Origin: Microcoleus sp.
Lineage (GTDB): Bacteria > Cyanobacteriota > Cyanobacteriia > Cyanobacteriales > Microcoleaceae
NCBI GenBank assembly: GCA_042408215.1
Contig: JAYFMW010000005.1
Location: forward strand, 644,363-708,362
DNA length: 64,000 bases
Direction of reading: 5' to 3'
The notes under the pieces were generated by a model that made no database searches, was not told where the DNA came from, and was given only the letters and a program-made list of their open reading frames with translations. The position numbers were made by a program, and so were the translations under genes. This document shows, one piece after another, positions 49,930 to 60,004 of this stretch (positions within the stretch are counted from its first letter, which is position 1; every line of letters begins with the position of its first letter).

Positions 49930-52299
49930 CTAAACTGTGCTATATTTTTGACCAATTTGTCGAAGCAATTTAGTCAAATTATCCTTGTCAGATTCATTCG
50001 ATAACATATCTACTACTTTTTTCAAGTGAGACAAATCCTTCCTATATTGCTCGTCCAATAGCTGTGATACTATTTGCAGCGGTAAAAATTTTAGTAAATC
50101 AGGTTCATTAGATAAGATATCTACAACATCTTTCAACTTAGACAAGTTCTTGCTGTACTTCTCGTCCAATAAAATATATACTGCATATCTTAATTGAGAC
50201 AATTGGTTTTTATACTTATCATTAGAGACAAGTTCGCCTAACTTTTCGTCGTCAGATGTGAGAGCTACTAACTGTCGCAAGTCAGATAAATTTGTCGCGT
50301 AGTTCTCATCAGATAAAATATCAAGTATTTTTCTCAATCTAGATAAATCCTGATTGTGCTTATCGTCAGAGAGTATTGAGGCTAATTTTGTTTCCGTCTT
50401 GAAGTATCTTGCTAAATCTTTGTACTCGCTCGAATTATTTGTCCAGAGAAGTCTTTCCTCAGTAAAAACAACACCCGAACTGCCCCAGAAATCACTGGTG
50501 TCTATCAAAGCGATTACCTTTTCGGCAGAGTCAACAGATAGCCATTTGGACAGCGCGTTTGATAGTTTATCTAATGGAATATTAGGAGCAGAAAATCCAT
50601 CTTTAATGCCATATTTTGGAATTTCATCCTTTTGTAAAAAAAATTCGCCTAAATAACCCGGAATAATTTCTTCAGTATAGGTATAGGAGCGAGTTTCTAA
50701 CTGGTGCAGCACAGATGAATCGCGACTCTTTCCACCTTTGAGTAATGACCAAATTAAAAATGCTGTACCCGATGCAACAAGAGCCGCACCGCCAGTCATT
50801 ACACTGAGTCCCCCAATAGTCGAGATGGTAGCAGTGATAGCAGCAGCACCGGACAATGTACCCGCAGCTCCCAAAGCACTCGCAGCAGTCCAAGCAGCTA
50901 AAATAGTTGCAGTACCGGCGACTGTTCCTGTACCAATTGCAATTCCCAGATTTGTTTGGTCTTCCCTGTCCATTTCCGAGACTAACGCAATAGACAGCAG
51001 CCCTGCGGCTCCAATTAGCGCGGCTCCTCCTGTTGCTACTGCTAAACCTCCCAGCATTCCTAAACCACCAGCCGCGACAGAACCACCACCTAAAACAGCT
51101 AAAGTCGCGTTGGTTGCAGCCGCCCCAGATAAACTGCTAATACTAACACCCGTTGCTGTTTCTGCTCCAAGTGTACTCAACACTCTCGTAGCTTGTGGAA
51201 CAATTGCTGCTCCTTTGTCTTTAGCATCCGTCAGTTGGTCTTGGAATGCTTGAGCAGTTTGGACAAAAGCATCGGCTTTTTCACCAGAAGCAATTTGATT
51301 CTCTAAATTTTGTTTCCTTGCTATTGAGTAAACAGCTTTAGCATTTTCTGGGATTTTGGCTTTGTTAATGAAGGAGTCTAGCGAGTTCAAAGTTGCTGTA
51401 TCTTCTACTGTCTTGCCGTCGCGCACCTGCTGATATATTGACTGGTAATTTTGCTTTTGTTCAGCAATCAATTGGCTGTCATTAATCTGTTTGACCAGAA
51501 TAAAATCAACTGTTAAGCCTCTTGAATTGGCACTGGACAAAGAGTAACTCTGTTTTATTTCTAAAGGCAGCGCCGAACTTGCCACGATTGAGTCAATATC
51601 TGTGAGCGCTTTAAAGTCAGGAACAGGTTCGCCGGCGCGGACGTATGCAAAAGTTCCTCTGATTAGTTTCTTCTTTGCCTCAGTCAGTTTAGATAGAGCC
51701 AATGTCGATTCAATGGCTTGCCCAATTCCGAGCAGGCGTGAATTGGTACTGGCGATTTCGTAACGCTCTTTAATTTTGTTGTCTAGCTTTGAGGACGATA
51801 TCACATAATCAAGCAAATCCAAGGCAATCACATCGTTAATATACTCACCATCCTCGATTTGCTCATAAACAAATTTGCATTTAGCTTTGCTTGCTTCTTC
51901 GATAAATTGCGTATTTTTGTCAATTTCTTGATAAACTTGATCGGCTATTCTAAGTTGTCGATCATATAAGGTATGCAAAACTACAGTAATATCTTTACCG
52001 TCTTGACCGCGCCCTTTGATGGTAATCTGTTGGCTATCTTGGGTTTTCGAGGGAATTACTACCTGACAAGGTTCTCCAGATCGCAAAGTAAATGTTTCTT
52101 TTCCTCCGTTGCGTGCTGTGGTATAAGGAACAAAAATATGATAGTTCTCCAAGGTAGAGAAATTTTTGCCTAATCCCTCGCTATCAGCCATAGCGCTAGC
52201 TGGATCAAGCAAGTCTTTTGTCAATAAACCCAAAGTACCTAAAGCAACATAACTAAGAAAAGAGCGACGGTTGAGAGGAGAACTATTTAGGTTAGTCAT
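49930..52299 (-). CDS. Large hypothetical protein with twin-arginine-like signal and Gly/Ala hydrophobic zipper
   Basis: NRRSFLSYVALGTLG..ASAMA; long region SSLSGAAATNATLAVLGGGSVAAGGLGMLGG; internal helical repeats. Confidence 0.75.
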   Translation of the reverse strand: MTNLNSSPLNRRSFLSYVALGTLGLLTKDLLDPASAMADSEGLGKNFSTLENYHIFVPYTTARNGGKETFTLRSGEPCQVVIPSKTQDSQQITIKGRGQDGKDITVVLHTLYDRQLRIADQVYQEIDKNTQFIEEASKAKCKFVYEQIEDGEYINDVIALDLLDYVISSSKLDNKIKERYEIASTNSRLLGIGQAIESTLALSKLTEAKKKLIRGTFAYVRAGEPVPDFKALTDIDSIVASSALPLEIKQSYSLSSANSRGLTVDFILVKQINDSQLIAEQKQNYQSIYQQVRDGKTVEDTATLNSLDSFINKAKIPENAKAVYSIARKQNLENQIASGEKADAFVQTAQAFQDQLTDAKDKGAAIVPQATRVLSTLGAETATGVSISSLSGAAATNATLAVLGGGSVAAGGLGMLGGLAVATGGAALIGAAGLLSIALVSEMDREDQTNLGIAIGTGTVAGTATILAAWTAASALGAAGTLSGAAAITATISTIGGLSVMTGGAALVASGTAFLIWSLLKGGKSRDSSVLHQLETRSYTYTEEIIPGYLGEFFLQKDEIPKYGIKDGFSAPNIPLDKLSNALSKWLSVDSAEKVIALIDTSDFWGSSGVVFTEERLLWTNNSSEYKDLARYFKTETKLASILSDDKHNQDLSRLRKILDILSDENYATNLSDLRQLVALTSDDEKLGELVSNDKYKNQLSQLRYAVYILLDEKYSKNLSKLKDVVDILSNEPDLLKFLPLQIVSQLLDEQYRKDLSHLKKVVDMLSNESDKDNLTKLLRQIGQKYSTV

Positions 52300-52793
52300 A
52301 ACTGAGTATTTGTAGCTTGAATGTAGTTTTTAGGGGAAATAATCAAATCCGAACTCTAATTTATCAAGTTCGTTACTTCCAAATTTAATTTACTAGCAAA
52401 CCTACCCTTAGCCCTAGTGGCTTACCCCAAAGCCTCTGCTTTGGGGTAAATCAGATAAGCTTGCTTCTTTGGCGCTAATTTTCTTTGCGACAAAGCAAAC
52501 TCACTTTATTAAATCACCGACACCCAACTTTGTCAACAGGTGATTGACTACAAAACTGTGCCTGTTGAGCAAACTGTAATTAAGCCAACAAGGACATCCG
52601 CGCGGCCAGATTATTCTGCAACTTGCCTAAAATTACCCGATCGACTATTCTTCCTAGTAGCAGTCCTAGACGCACGGGTAGTCAGAAACCGGGTTTTTTC
52701 CGAGCTCCTTTGTTACAGCCCAATTCAATCGCAAAAACCCGGTTTCTAGGGTTTTGATGCGTAATTCCTATTGATATAACAACCGACAAAAAC

Positions 52794-53654
52794 ATGACAG
52801 CAATATTGCCACCTTGGATAGTTTTAGACTCCCTATTGCACAACTGGCTGCTAGAAGATATCGGTAGGGGCGATCGCACGACATCGGCCTTATTCCCCGC
52901 AAACAGCATCCAGGGTACCGCTAAATGGATTGTCAAAGAAGCCGGAGTCATAGCCGGATTGCCGATCGCCGATCGCACATTTAAACTTTTAGACAGCAGC
53001 CTCAGTTTCATCCCCCAAGTACCAGAAGGGAAACTGTGCGAAAAAGGAGAAGTAATCGCCGAGATTTCCGGCAATTTTGATGCGCTGCTAACCGGAGAAA
53101 GAGTAGCATTAAACTTGGCAATGCGTTTGAGCGGCATCGCTACTTTAACTCAGAAATATGTTGACAAAATTGCCGATTTGCCCGTGCAATTGGTGGATAC
53201 CCGCAAGACAACACCGGGGTTGAGATTGTTGGAAAAATACGCGACTCAAATCGGCGGTGCTTGCAATCATCGCATGGGATTAGATGACGCGGTGATGATT
53301 AAAGATAATCACATTGCGGCGGCTGGGGGAATTGCCGAGGCGATCGCCCTAATTCGCAATTCTATCCCCTATCCGCTGACAATCGAAGTTGAAACCGAAA
53401 CTCTGGCTGAGGTGGAGACAGCTTTGCAGCACAAGGCGGATATTATCATGTTAGATAATATGTCCTTTGATTTGATGCGGCAGGCTGTGGCAATAATTCG
53501 CGAAAAGTGCGATCGGGTAAAAATTGAAGCGTCTGGGAATGTGACTTTGGAAACTATTCGGAGTGTGGCGGAAACGGGAGTTGACTATATTTCTACGAGT
53601 GCTCCAATTACGCGATCGACTTGGCTGGATTTGAGTATGAAAATTAAGAGTTAG
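52794..53654 (+). CDS. nadC: Nicotinate-nucleotide diphosphorylase (quinolinate phosphoribosyltransferase)
   Basis: EDIGRGDRT, ERVALN, DTRKTTPGLR, NHRMGLDD..MIKDNH, EASGN. Confidence 0.98.
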   Translation: MTAILPPWIVLDSLLHNWLLEDIGRGDRTTSALFPANSIQGTAKWIVKEAGVIAGLPIADRTFKLLDSSLSFIPQVPEGKLCEKGEVIAEISGNFDALLTGERVALNLAMRLSGIATLTQKYVDKIADLPVQLVDTRKTTPGLRLLEKYATQIGGACNHRMGLDDAVMIKDNHIAAAGGIAEAIALIRNSIPYPLTIEVETETLAEVETALQHKADIIMLDNMSFDLMRQAVAIIREKCDRVKIEASGNVTLETIRSVAETGVDYISTSAPITRSTWLDLSMKIKS

Positions 53655-53892
53655 TTGACTGTTATCTTCATTCTAATTGCATCGGAATTATTTAACCACA
53701 GAGAACACAGAGAACACAGAGAAAGAGAAGAGAGAGAGTGGTAATTCCGATGCTAATTGGCTGGATTTGAGTATGAAAATTAAGAGTTAGTTGACTGTTA
53801 TCTTCATTCTAATTGCATCGGAATTATTTAACCACAGAGAACACAGAGAACACAGAGAAAGAGAAGAGAGAGAGTGGTAATTCCGATGCTAA
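53621..53892 (+). repeat. 136-bp tandem duplication including the nadC 3' end
   Basis: 53621-53756 is repeated at 53757-53892. Confidence 0.93.
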
Positions 53893-53983
53893 CGGTTTTG
53901 ATATTATTGGTTATTTCTTAGGGTGAATAACTAATAATTAATTACTCATTCCCAATTCCCAATTCTCGATGCCCAATGCCCAA

Positions 53984-55012
53984 TTATTTGGAGATAAAAT
54001 GCACCCAAAATTTGCCGTCCGGCATACAGATGCGACGGATTAAGCGATAAAGATAGTGCAAATAAGCACCGCTGGCCTCAGTATCGTAGCCGCTCTCAAA
54101 CCACTCTCCATAGGGATCGTGAATGAAGAATCCTTCGCTGTCGTAACCTACCACAACAACTATGTGCCCGAAAGACGTGAAGTATCCGTGGATAACAGCC
54201 GGATTTCCGCTGGCTAGCCAATCTTGAATTTCATCAATAGTTGCATTCTCTGTAAAGAAATCTTGGGCACCGTAATCTTTAACAATTTTTGCTAAATCGT
54301 AGGGATTCCAGCGACTGTAACCTTTGGCGATCGCATATTCGTAGAGTTCGTCCTCAAATTGTCCGGTTTTTTTGCGCTGGGGAACTCTCAGGAAGTCCAG
54401 ACACATTGCTAAAGAAGTTACATTACAAGCACCCGTCGGGTTATACAAGTTATCGATTTTGGATCTATAAGGAACCCCAAGTCTGACAGTTGGTGGATTC
54501 GGTTTGGGGTAAAGTAGAACGCCGTCTTGAGTAATTTGAGCCTGTGCTCCGAAAATATACCAAATTCCTGAACCGTTGAAAGATTCGTTGCGGAGAGCAA
54601 CTCTTACGTGGCTGCGAATCGGAGCAAAAGCAATCAGCTCAAACTCTTTTCCTGCTGGTACTGTTTGTTTTTCCGAGTCCGCAAGTTGAGAAGATGCGAG
54701 GGGTTTTGTTTTAAAAACCGTGTCTTTGACTATCTTCAGTATCAGAGGATGTGTGGGAATGTCCGCCGGCTTGGTTTCGATCAGTTTTTCGGCGGTTACT
54801 GCTCCCAAAAAACCCGGTTCGCCACACTTGATTAGGGTTTGAAATCTGTGGAGAGCGGCTGTAGAGAGGGGGCCAAATAGGCCGTCTACGGGAGGTTTTA
54901 GTAAACCGAAGTCAATGAGGCGGCTTTGAATTTGGCGGCTGAGGTCTTCGTCAGCCGCGATCGCCTTGGCATCATACCTAATTTTCGAGTTGATCAAGTT
55001 TTGTAATTTCAT
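53984..55012 (-). CDS. Peptidoglycan-binding domain plus C39-like cysteine peptidase
   Basis: IQSRL..FG...VDGLFGPLSTAALHRFQ PG-binding motif; GACNVTSLAM / GHIVVVVG / HDPYG catalytic triad. Confidence 0.85.
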   Translation of the reverse strand: MKLQNLINSKIRYDAKAIAADEDLSRQIQSRLIDFGLLKPPVDGLFGPLSTAALHRFQTLIKCGEPGFLGAVTAEKLIETKPADIPTHPLILKIVKDTVFKTKPLASSQLADSEKQTVPAGKEFELIAFAPIRSHVRVALRNESFNGSGIWYIFGAQAQITQDGVLLYPKPNPPTVRLGVPYRSKIDNLYNPTGACNVTSLAMCLDFLRVPQRKKTGQFEDELYEYAIAKGYSRWNPYDLAKIVKDYGAQDFFTENATIDEIQDWLASGNPAVIHGYFTSFGHIVVVVGYDSEGFFIHDPYGEWFESGYDTEASGAYLHYLYRLIRRICMPDGKFWVHFISK

Positions 55013-55170
55013 AACTGCCTATCCACGTCAATAATTCCAAGTTTATCCTCTCAGAAAATTACGGTATTTTTGCCGATCGCCCCTACCTGAAAGGCTTTGT
55101 ATTATTGATTCGATACAAAACTTTCAAGGTAAGGTCGATCGAGATTTCAGCAGAGGAGTCCGACTTTGGT

Positions 55171-56499
55171 TTACGCAGCGGTGGGGCGAATTACGACGAC
55201 ACCCATCGCATCGGGAGACAGATATTTGACGGCGGCATCCCGGAGATCCTCTGCACTGAGGGCTTGGATGCAGGCTGCATAGTTGAGGGCGGGTGCGATA
55301 TCTCCTACCATTGACTGGTAGTAGCCGTATAAACTTGCTCGATCGCTCGGAGTCTCGTTACCGAAGATAAACCGATTTGCTACTTGGGTACGGATGCGCG
55401 AAATTTCAGCATCAGTCGCCAATTCGGTTTGAAAGCTGCGGATGTGTTTAATAATCGCTGCTTCGACTTCAGCCAAGTTTTCCGCCGCCAATTGAGCAGA
55501 AATAGAGAAGACGCCACCGAGTTGCTGAGTCATGTTGTTGGCGGAAATTGACGAAACTAACCCCCGATCCTCCCGCAAGTCTTTCACCAGCCGAGTTGTG
55601 CGCCCGTGGCTCAAGATTGTCGCCAAAACGTCAAGGGCATAGGTTTCGGAAATGTTAATAAAACCGGGCACTCGCCACATCACGATTAGTCTGGCTTGTT
55701 GGAGGCTGGCGTCTACAAATTCGCGGCGGATGGTTTCTGTAAACGGTGATTCTGGGGAGTAGTTCGGGATTTGGGATTCTGGTTGAATGTTGCTGACAGC
55801 AGGCACTACTTTTTTGCCATTTGGGGCTGTGCTTTTTGCTGCAAAACTGTCGGCGACAATTGCAATTAATTCATCGACTGGTAAATTGCCTACAGCTACG
55901 GCTGTCATGGAAGCGGGATGATATCTGCTGCTGTGGAAATCCCGCATTTGTTGGGCTGTCAACTGTTCGATGACTGAGGTGGGGCCGAGTACCGGTCTGC
56001 GATAGGGTAGGACTTGAAAGGCTAGTTCCATCGATCGCTGATAGGTGCGGCGGCGGGGATTATCTTCCGATCGTCTAATTTCTTCTAATACTACCAGGCG
56101 TTCTCGCTCGAAGGCGTCGTCGGGAATGCTCGCATTGAGCAAGACATCGACTTGCAGGGGAGCTAGCTGAGCAAAGTCTTTGGGGGCTGTGGTGATGTAG
56201 TAGTTAGTGTAATCTTGGCTGGTGGCGGCATTGGTGACTGCGCCACGCTGTTCGATCGCTCGCTCAAATTCGCCACTCTCGATGCTGGGAGTTCCCTTGA
56301 AAATCATGTGTTCTAAAAAGTGAGCCATACCGTTGATTTCGTCTGGTTCGACGGCGGAACCCAAGTTGAGCCACACGCTGAGGTTAACGGCATCGACGGG
56401 TAAGTGTTCGGCTATAACTGTCAGCCCGTTGGGGAAATGGCGGACTGTTGGGGCATTGAGGGGCGATCGGGAGGATGTTTTGAGGAGGGTTGATGTCAT
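55171..56499 (-). CDS. M16 (pitrilysin-family) zinc peptidase
   Basis: GMAHFLEHMIFKGT (HXXEH), NAATSQD, ERERLVVLEE. Confidence 0.95.
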   Translation of the reverse strand: MTSTLLKTSSRSPLNAPTVRHFPNGLTVIAEHLPVDAVNLSVWLNLGSAVEPDEINGMAHFLEHMIFKGTPSIESGEFERAIEQRGAVTNAATSQDYTNYYITTAPKDFAQLAPLQVDVLLNASIPDDAFERERLVVLEEIRRSEDNPRRRTYQRSMELAFQVLPYRRPVLGPTSVIEQLTAQQMRDFHSSRYHPASMTAVAVGNLPVDELIAIVADSFAAKSTAPNGKKVVPAVSNIQPESQIPNYSPESPFTETIRREFVDASLQQARLIVMWRVPGFINISETYALDVLATILSHGRTTRLVKDLREDRGLVSSISANNMTQQLGGVFSISAQLAAENLAEVEAAIIKHIRSFQTELATDAEISRIRTQVANRFIFGNETPSDRASLYGYYQSMVGDIAPALNYAACIQALSAEDLRDAAVKYLSPDAMGVVVIRPTAA

Positions 56500-56533
56500 T
56501 TGGCTTTTGGGTTAATCTTCTTCTTCTCTTATC

Positions 56534-56870
56534 GTGAAGTACCCAACACTGATGCTACGCATACAGTGTGGGCTTCCTGTTTCATCCGCCACCGCCTCCA
56601 CACAAAGCTTGCCTTATGTTTTGGTCTTACATAGCATCTAGAGGTTTGGCTACCCATGTAGCCCTAACTCTCGTACCAAGCAAATGGTACCCAGGCAGCC
56701 ACCCTCCTTCCGAAGGCAGAAATGTTTTTAGTCGGAAATCCACATGGTTTTTGGTTAGCCCAGTGGCAGATTTCATTTAGTGGATAGTCTGCTAGTACAT
56801 ACGCACCAGGAGAGGCAACGGTCTTTTAGTCAGTCCACAAGGTTATCAACCTCCTTTTCTATTGTACTAA
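56534..56870 (-). mobile_element. Non-autonomous IS200/IS605 derivative: right end plus omegaRNA-like structured region, no tnpB ORF
   Basis: Minus strand ends GAAG-CCCACACTG..CAGTGTTGGG-tact-TCAC; upstream TATGTAAGACC and GGATGAAACAG motifs; 5' TACAAT and AAGGAGG. Confidence 0.72.
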
Positions 56871-57064
56871 CTATTTTTAGATTTTAGATTTTAGATTGAT
56901 CCCACGGCTTGTGGCTGGTGGGGATGTCGTTTAGTGCGATCGCGAAGTGCGAGATCGGTGAGGGCGATCGGGCGATCGGAAATCAGTGCGATCGACAAAA
57001 AAATTGGAACAGCGTCCAGACTGCGTAAGTCCTATTGTTAAAAGTGACAAATAGAGAGTTATTT

Positions 57065-57832
57065 ATGACTGCTAAATTGATACAGGACACACCAGTATCT
57101 AAAATTGCTGAAAAATATCGACAAGAAGGCTATACAGTATTTGTTGAGCCTGAACCTGAAGACATCCCTTTCTATAGCAATCCTTGCAGGAGTCGTAAAT
57201 CTTTTTACCCCACCCCAACCCTCCCCTTAGTAAGGGGAGGGAGTAAGACATTCACAAATGATTTAGGATTGCTATATTTAGGGACCGATCGCTCAAATTT
57301 GATTGTAAAAAGGAACGAAGCCGAAGGTTACATAATCTAATTCAACGGTTCTGCTAGACAAACATTCATAGACAGGTTGAGATAAATTGCTGAAATAGTA
57401 TCTGAAAATACAGGCTGGCGTTTCTTGTTAATTACTGAAGAAGATGCTTTACTGAAAGACAACGCCAAGGAAGTAAATCTCTTATCTTGGGAACAAATTT
57501 TTAGGAGAAAAACACAGAGTGAACGTCTGATCTCATTAGGAGAAAATGAAGGCGCGTTTTTATCACTTTGGGGAATATTTGAAGCACTCCTGCGTAGACG
57601 AGCTGAGGAGGTTACTATTCCTATTGAAAGATTTCCCACTGTATCTCTGATCAAACATATGTATTCGCAAGGAGAACTTTCAATAGAAGAGTACGATCGC
57701 TCCCAGCTACTTTTAAGCGTGATCAACCGATTTATTCATGGATTTGAAGCGCCAGAAGTCAATGAGTCTGTATCTGAATTGCTCGCCCTTGTCAATGAAT
57801 TAATCAGTTTATGGGCACCACACGGATTTTAG
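57065..57832 (+). pseudogene. Restriction-endonuclease-like (REase_AHJR-like) gene with a MITE insertion and two nonsense codons
   Basis: KIAEKYRQEGYTV.VEP...IPF[insert]YLGT; TAA at 57338 and 57383 in the frame that continues GWRFLLITE...EGAFLSLWGIFEALLR. Confidence 0.7.
57173..57276. mobile_element. TA-flanked MITE with TATAGCAATCC/GGATTGCTATA terminal inverted repeats
   Basis: TIRs visible; removing 102 bp restores CCT TTC TAT TTA GGG. Confidence 0.85.
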
Positions 57833-57852
57833 ATTTTAGATTTTGGATTGTA

Positions 57853-58739
57853 ATGGAACAGCAAAAATTGAAGCACAGCTTAATATTTCCACAAAAAGCT
57901 TTTCAACGATTTTGGCGATCGACTTCGGGGAGAATTGGTCTGATTTTGTCGATCGCACTTATCTTCCTCGCACTTTTAGCCCCTCTACTTTCCCCTTTCG
58001 ATCCCACTGCTGGCCGGGATTATTTGGCACGGTTGGCCGCACCGAGTGCTAAACATTGGTTGGGCACTGATGGTTTGGGCGGGATTTGTTGGTGCGGGTG
58101 TGGCACGGATTGGGGATATCTTTGGTGGTTAGTGCCGTTTCGGTGAGTGCGGGGTTGGTTGCGGGAACGATTTTGGGGCTTGTAGCCGGTTATTTTCGGG
58201 GGTGGGCGGAGACTGCGATCGGCACTTTGGCGGATATTTTGTTAGCTTTTCCTTCGATTTGGCTGGCGATCGCAGTTGTCACCGTTACTGGCCCCAGTCT
58301 TCAAAGTGTTATCATCGCAGTCAGTATCGTGCAAATTCCGATTTACATCCGCTTAACTCGGAGTATGGTACTTTCACTTAGAGAACAACAGTTTGTGCAA
58401 GCTGTCAAGGCTTTAGGTGCTACCGATTTGCGGATTATTTTTCGCCATATTTTGCCGGGAAGTTTTGCACCGTTAGTGGTGCAAGCAACGCTGTCTACAG
58501 GAACAGCTACACTCGAAGTGGCGAGTTTAGGTTTTCTGGGTTTGGGTGCACAGCCGCCGACTCCAGAATTGGGAACAATGCTATCTGACGCTTTTAAGGC
58601 GGGATACGCTCTTTCCTGTCCTTGGACTGTGGTATTTCCGGGTTGGCTAATTACTTTAACTGTTCTCGCTTTTAATCTTTTAGGCGATGGTTTGCAGGAT
58701 GCTTTAAACCCGAAGGCTAATATCGATTTTAGATTTTAG
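57853..58739 (+). pseudogene. Peptide/nickel ABC transporter permease (DppC/OppC-like), one base missing at about 58080
   Basis: APSAKHWLGTDGLG then, in another frame, DLLVRVWHG...LAFPS...EQQFVQAVKALGA...LAFNLLGDGLQD. Confidence 0.88.
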
Positions 58740-58787
58740 ATTCTAGATTTAAGTGGGACTGGACATACACAAAATATTTGGGGTAAT

Positions 58788-59897
58788 ATGCAATTATCAA
58801 AAAATAGTAAACTCATCACCAAAAAGTATACCATGACACCCTCAAAATTTTACATCCCTTCCTTGGACGGAATGAGGACGATTGCTTTTATGATTGTCTT
58901 TTTATCTCATGCAGGGCTTGGGAATATAGTCCCTGGAGGCTTTGGTGTAACAATATTTTTCTTTCTAAGTGGATATTTAATTACAACCTTGCTTAGAAGT
59001 GAATACGAACAACATAAAATGATTAATTTCAAACATTTTTATTTGCGACGCATACTGCGAATTTGGCCTGGCTTTTATCTAATTTTATTGCTAGGAACTA
59101 GCTTAACATTACTAGGTGTACTTGAAGGGCAAATTAAACTGCCAGCTTTTTTAAGCCAGCTTCTACATTATTATAACTACTATTCAACTTTTTTTGAGAA
59201 CGATGGAGTAACTATTGGTAGTGGTGTGTATTGGTCTCTTGCGGTTGAGGAACACTTCTACTGTGTTTTCCCTTTTTTCTACATAGCTTTACTCAAAATG
59301 CGTGTGAGTCCCCAAAGGCAAATGTTGATTTTTTGGGGACTTTGCTTAGCTGTTCTAATTTGGAGATGTGTTCTAGTTTTTGGCATGGGAGCAACTGAAA
59401 GTCGCATCTTTCATTTGTCAGATACCCGAATAGATGGTATACTGTTTGGCTGTGCATTAGCGGTTAATGGCAACCCAGTATTAGATGTTCAGCATGGCTC
59501 GGATCGACTGTGGAAGTATTTCTTACTGCCAGCAGGAATCACTTTAATTCTTTTCTCGTTTCTATTTCGTTCTGCTCAGTTTCAAGATACATTTCGTTAC
59601 ACTGTTCAAGGTATTGCACTATATTCTGTTTTTATTGCTGCTATTCGTTTTCCAGATTGGGGATTATTTCAAGTTCTCAATTGGAGTTGGATGAGGTTTA
59701 TTGGTTTGCTTTCATACTCGCTTTACCTAGTACACGATACTGTTATTCAAGCTGTTCATCTTTATTTACCTCAAATGCCTACGGCTTTGCAGCTAGCGAT
59801 TAGTCTCCTGATTTCCTTTATATTAGCCTATGCAATTTATAGGTATATAGAGCTGCCATGCGGACAGCTACGCAAGCAGTTGTCATCATCCTCCTAA
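58788..59897 (+). CDS. Acyltransferase family 3 (OafA/YrhL-like)
   Basis: IPSLDGMR, GVTIFFFLSGYLIT, FYLRRILRIWP, YWSLAVEEHFY, SYSLYLVH, YRYIELP. Confidence 0.93.
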   Translation: MQLSKNSKLITKKYTMTPSKFYIPSLDGMRTIAFMIVFLSHAGLGNIVPGGFGVTIFFFLSGYLITTLLRSEYEQHKMINFKHFYLRRILRIWPGFYLILLLGTSLTLLGVLEGQIKLPAFLSQLLHYYNYYSTFFENDGVTIGSGVYWSLAVEEHFYCVFPFFYIALLKMRVSPQRQMLIFWGLCLAVLIWRCVLVFGMGATESRIFHLSDTRIDGILFGCALAVNGNPVLDVQHGSDRLWKYFLLPAGITLILFSFLFRSAQFQDTFRYTVQGIALYSVFIAAIRFPDWGLFQVLNWSWMRFIGLLSYSLYLVHDTVIQAVHLYLPQMPTALQLAISLLISFILAYAIYRYIELPCGQLRKQLSSSS

Positions 59898-60004
59898 AAT
59901 TTGGCAATCGAAAAAAGAGGCCAAAAACCGGTTTCTGCGTCAATATCTCAAAAGAGTATCGACGATTTTTCAGAGAAACCGGGTTTTTTGCGTCCAGGAC
60001 TATC

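Noticed and set aside
53715..53740. AG-rich stretch as a target of the orphan omegaRNA guide
   Set aside because: Only low-complexity partial similarity (AAGAGAAGA); not a credible guide match.
56568..56780. 70-aa plus-strand ORF; also tmRNA, RNase P RNA, group I intron or Cas12k tracrRNA identity for this region
   Set aside because: No protein-like features and none of the diagnostic motifs of those RNAs; the IS200/IS605 right-end signature explains the region better.
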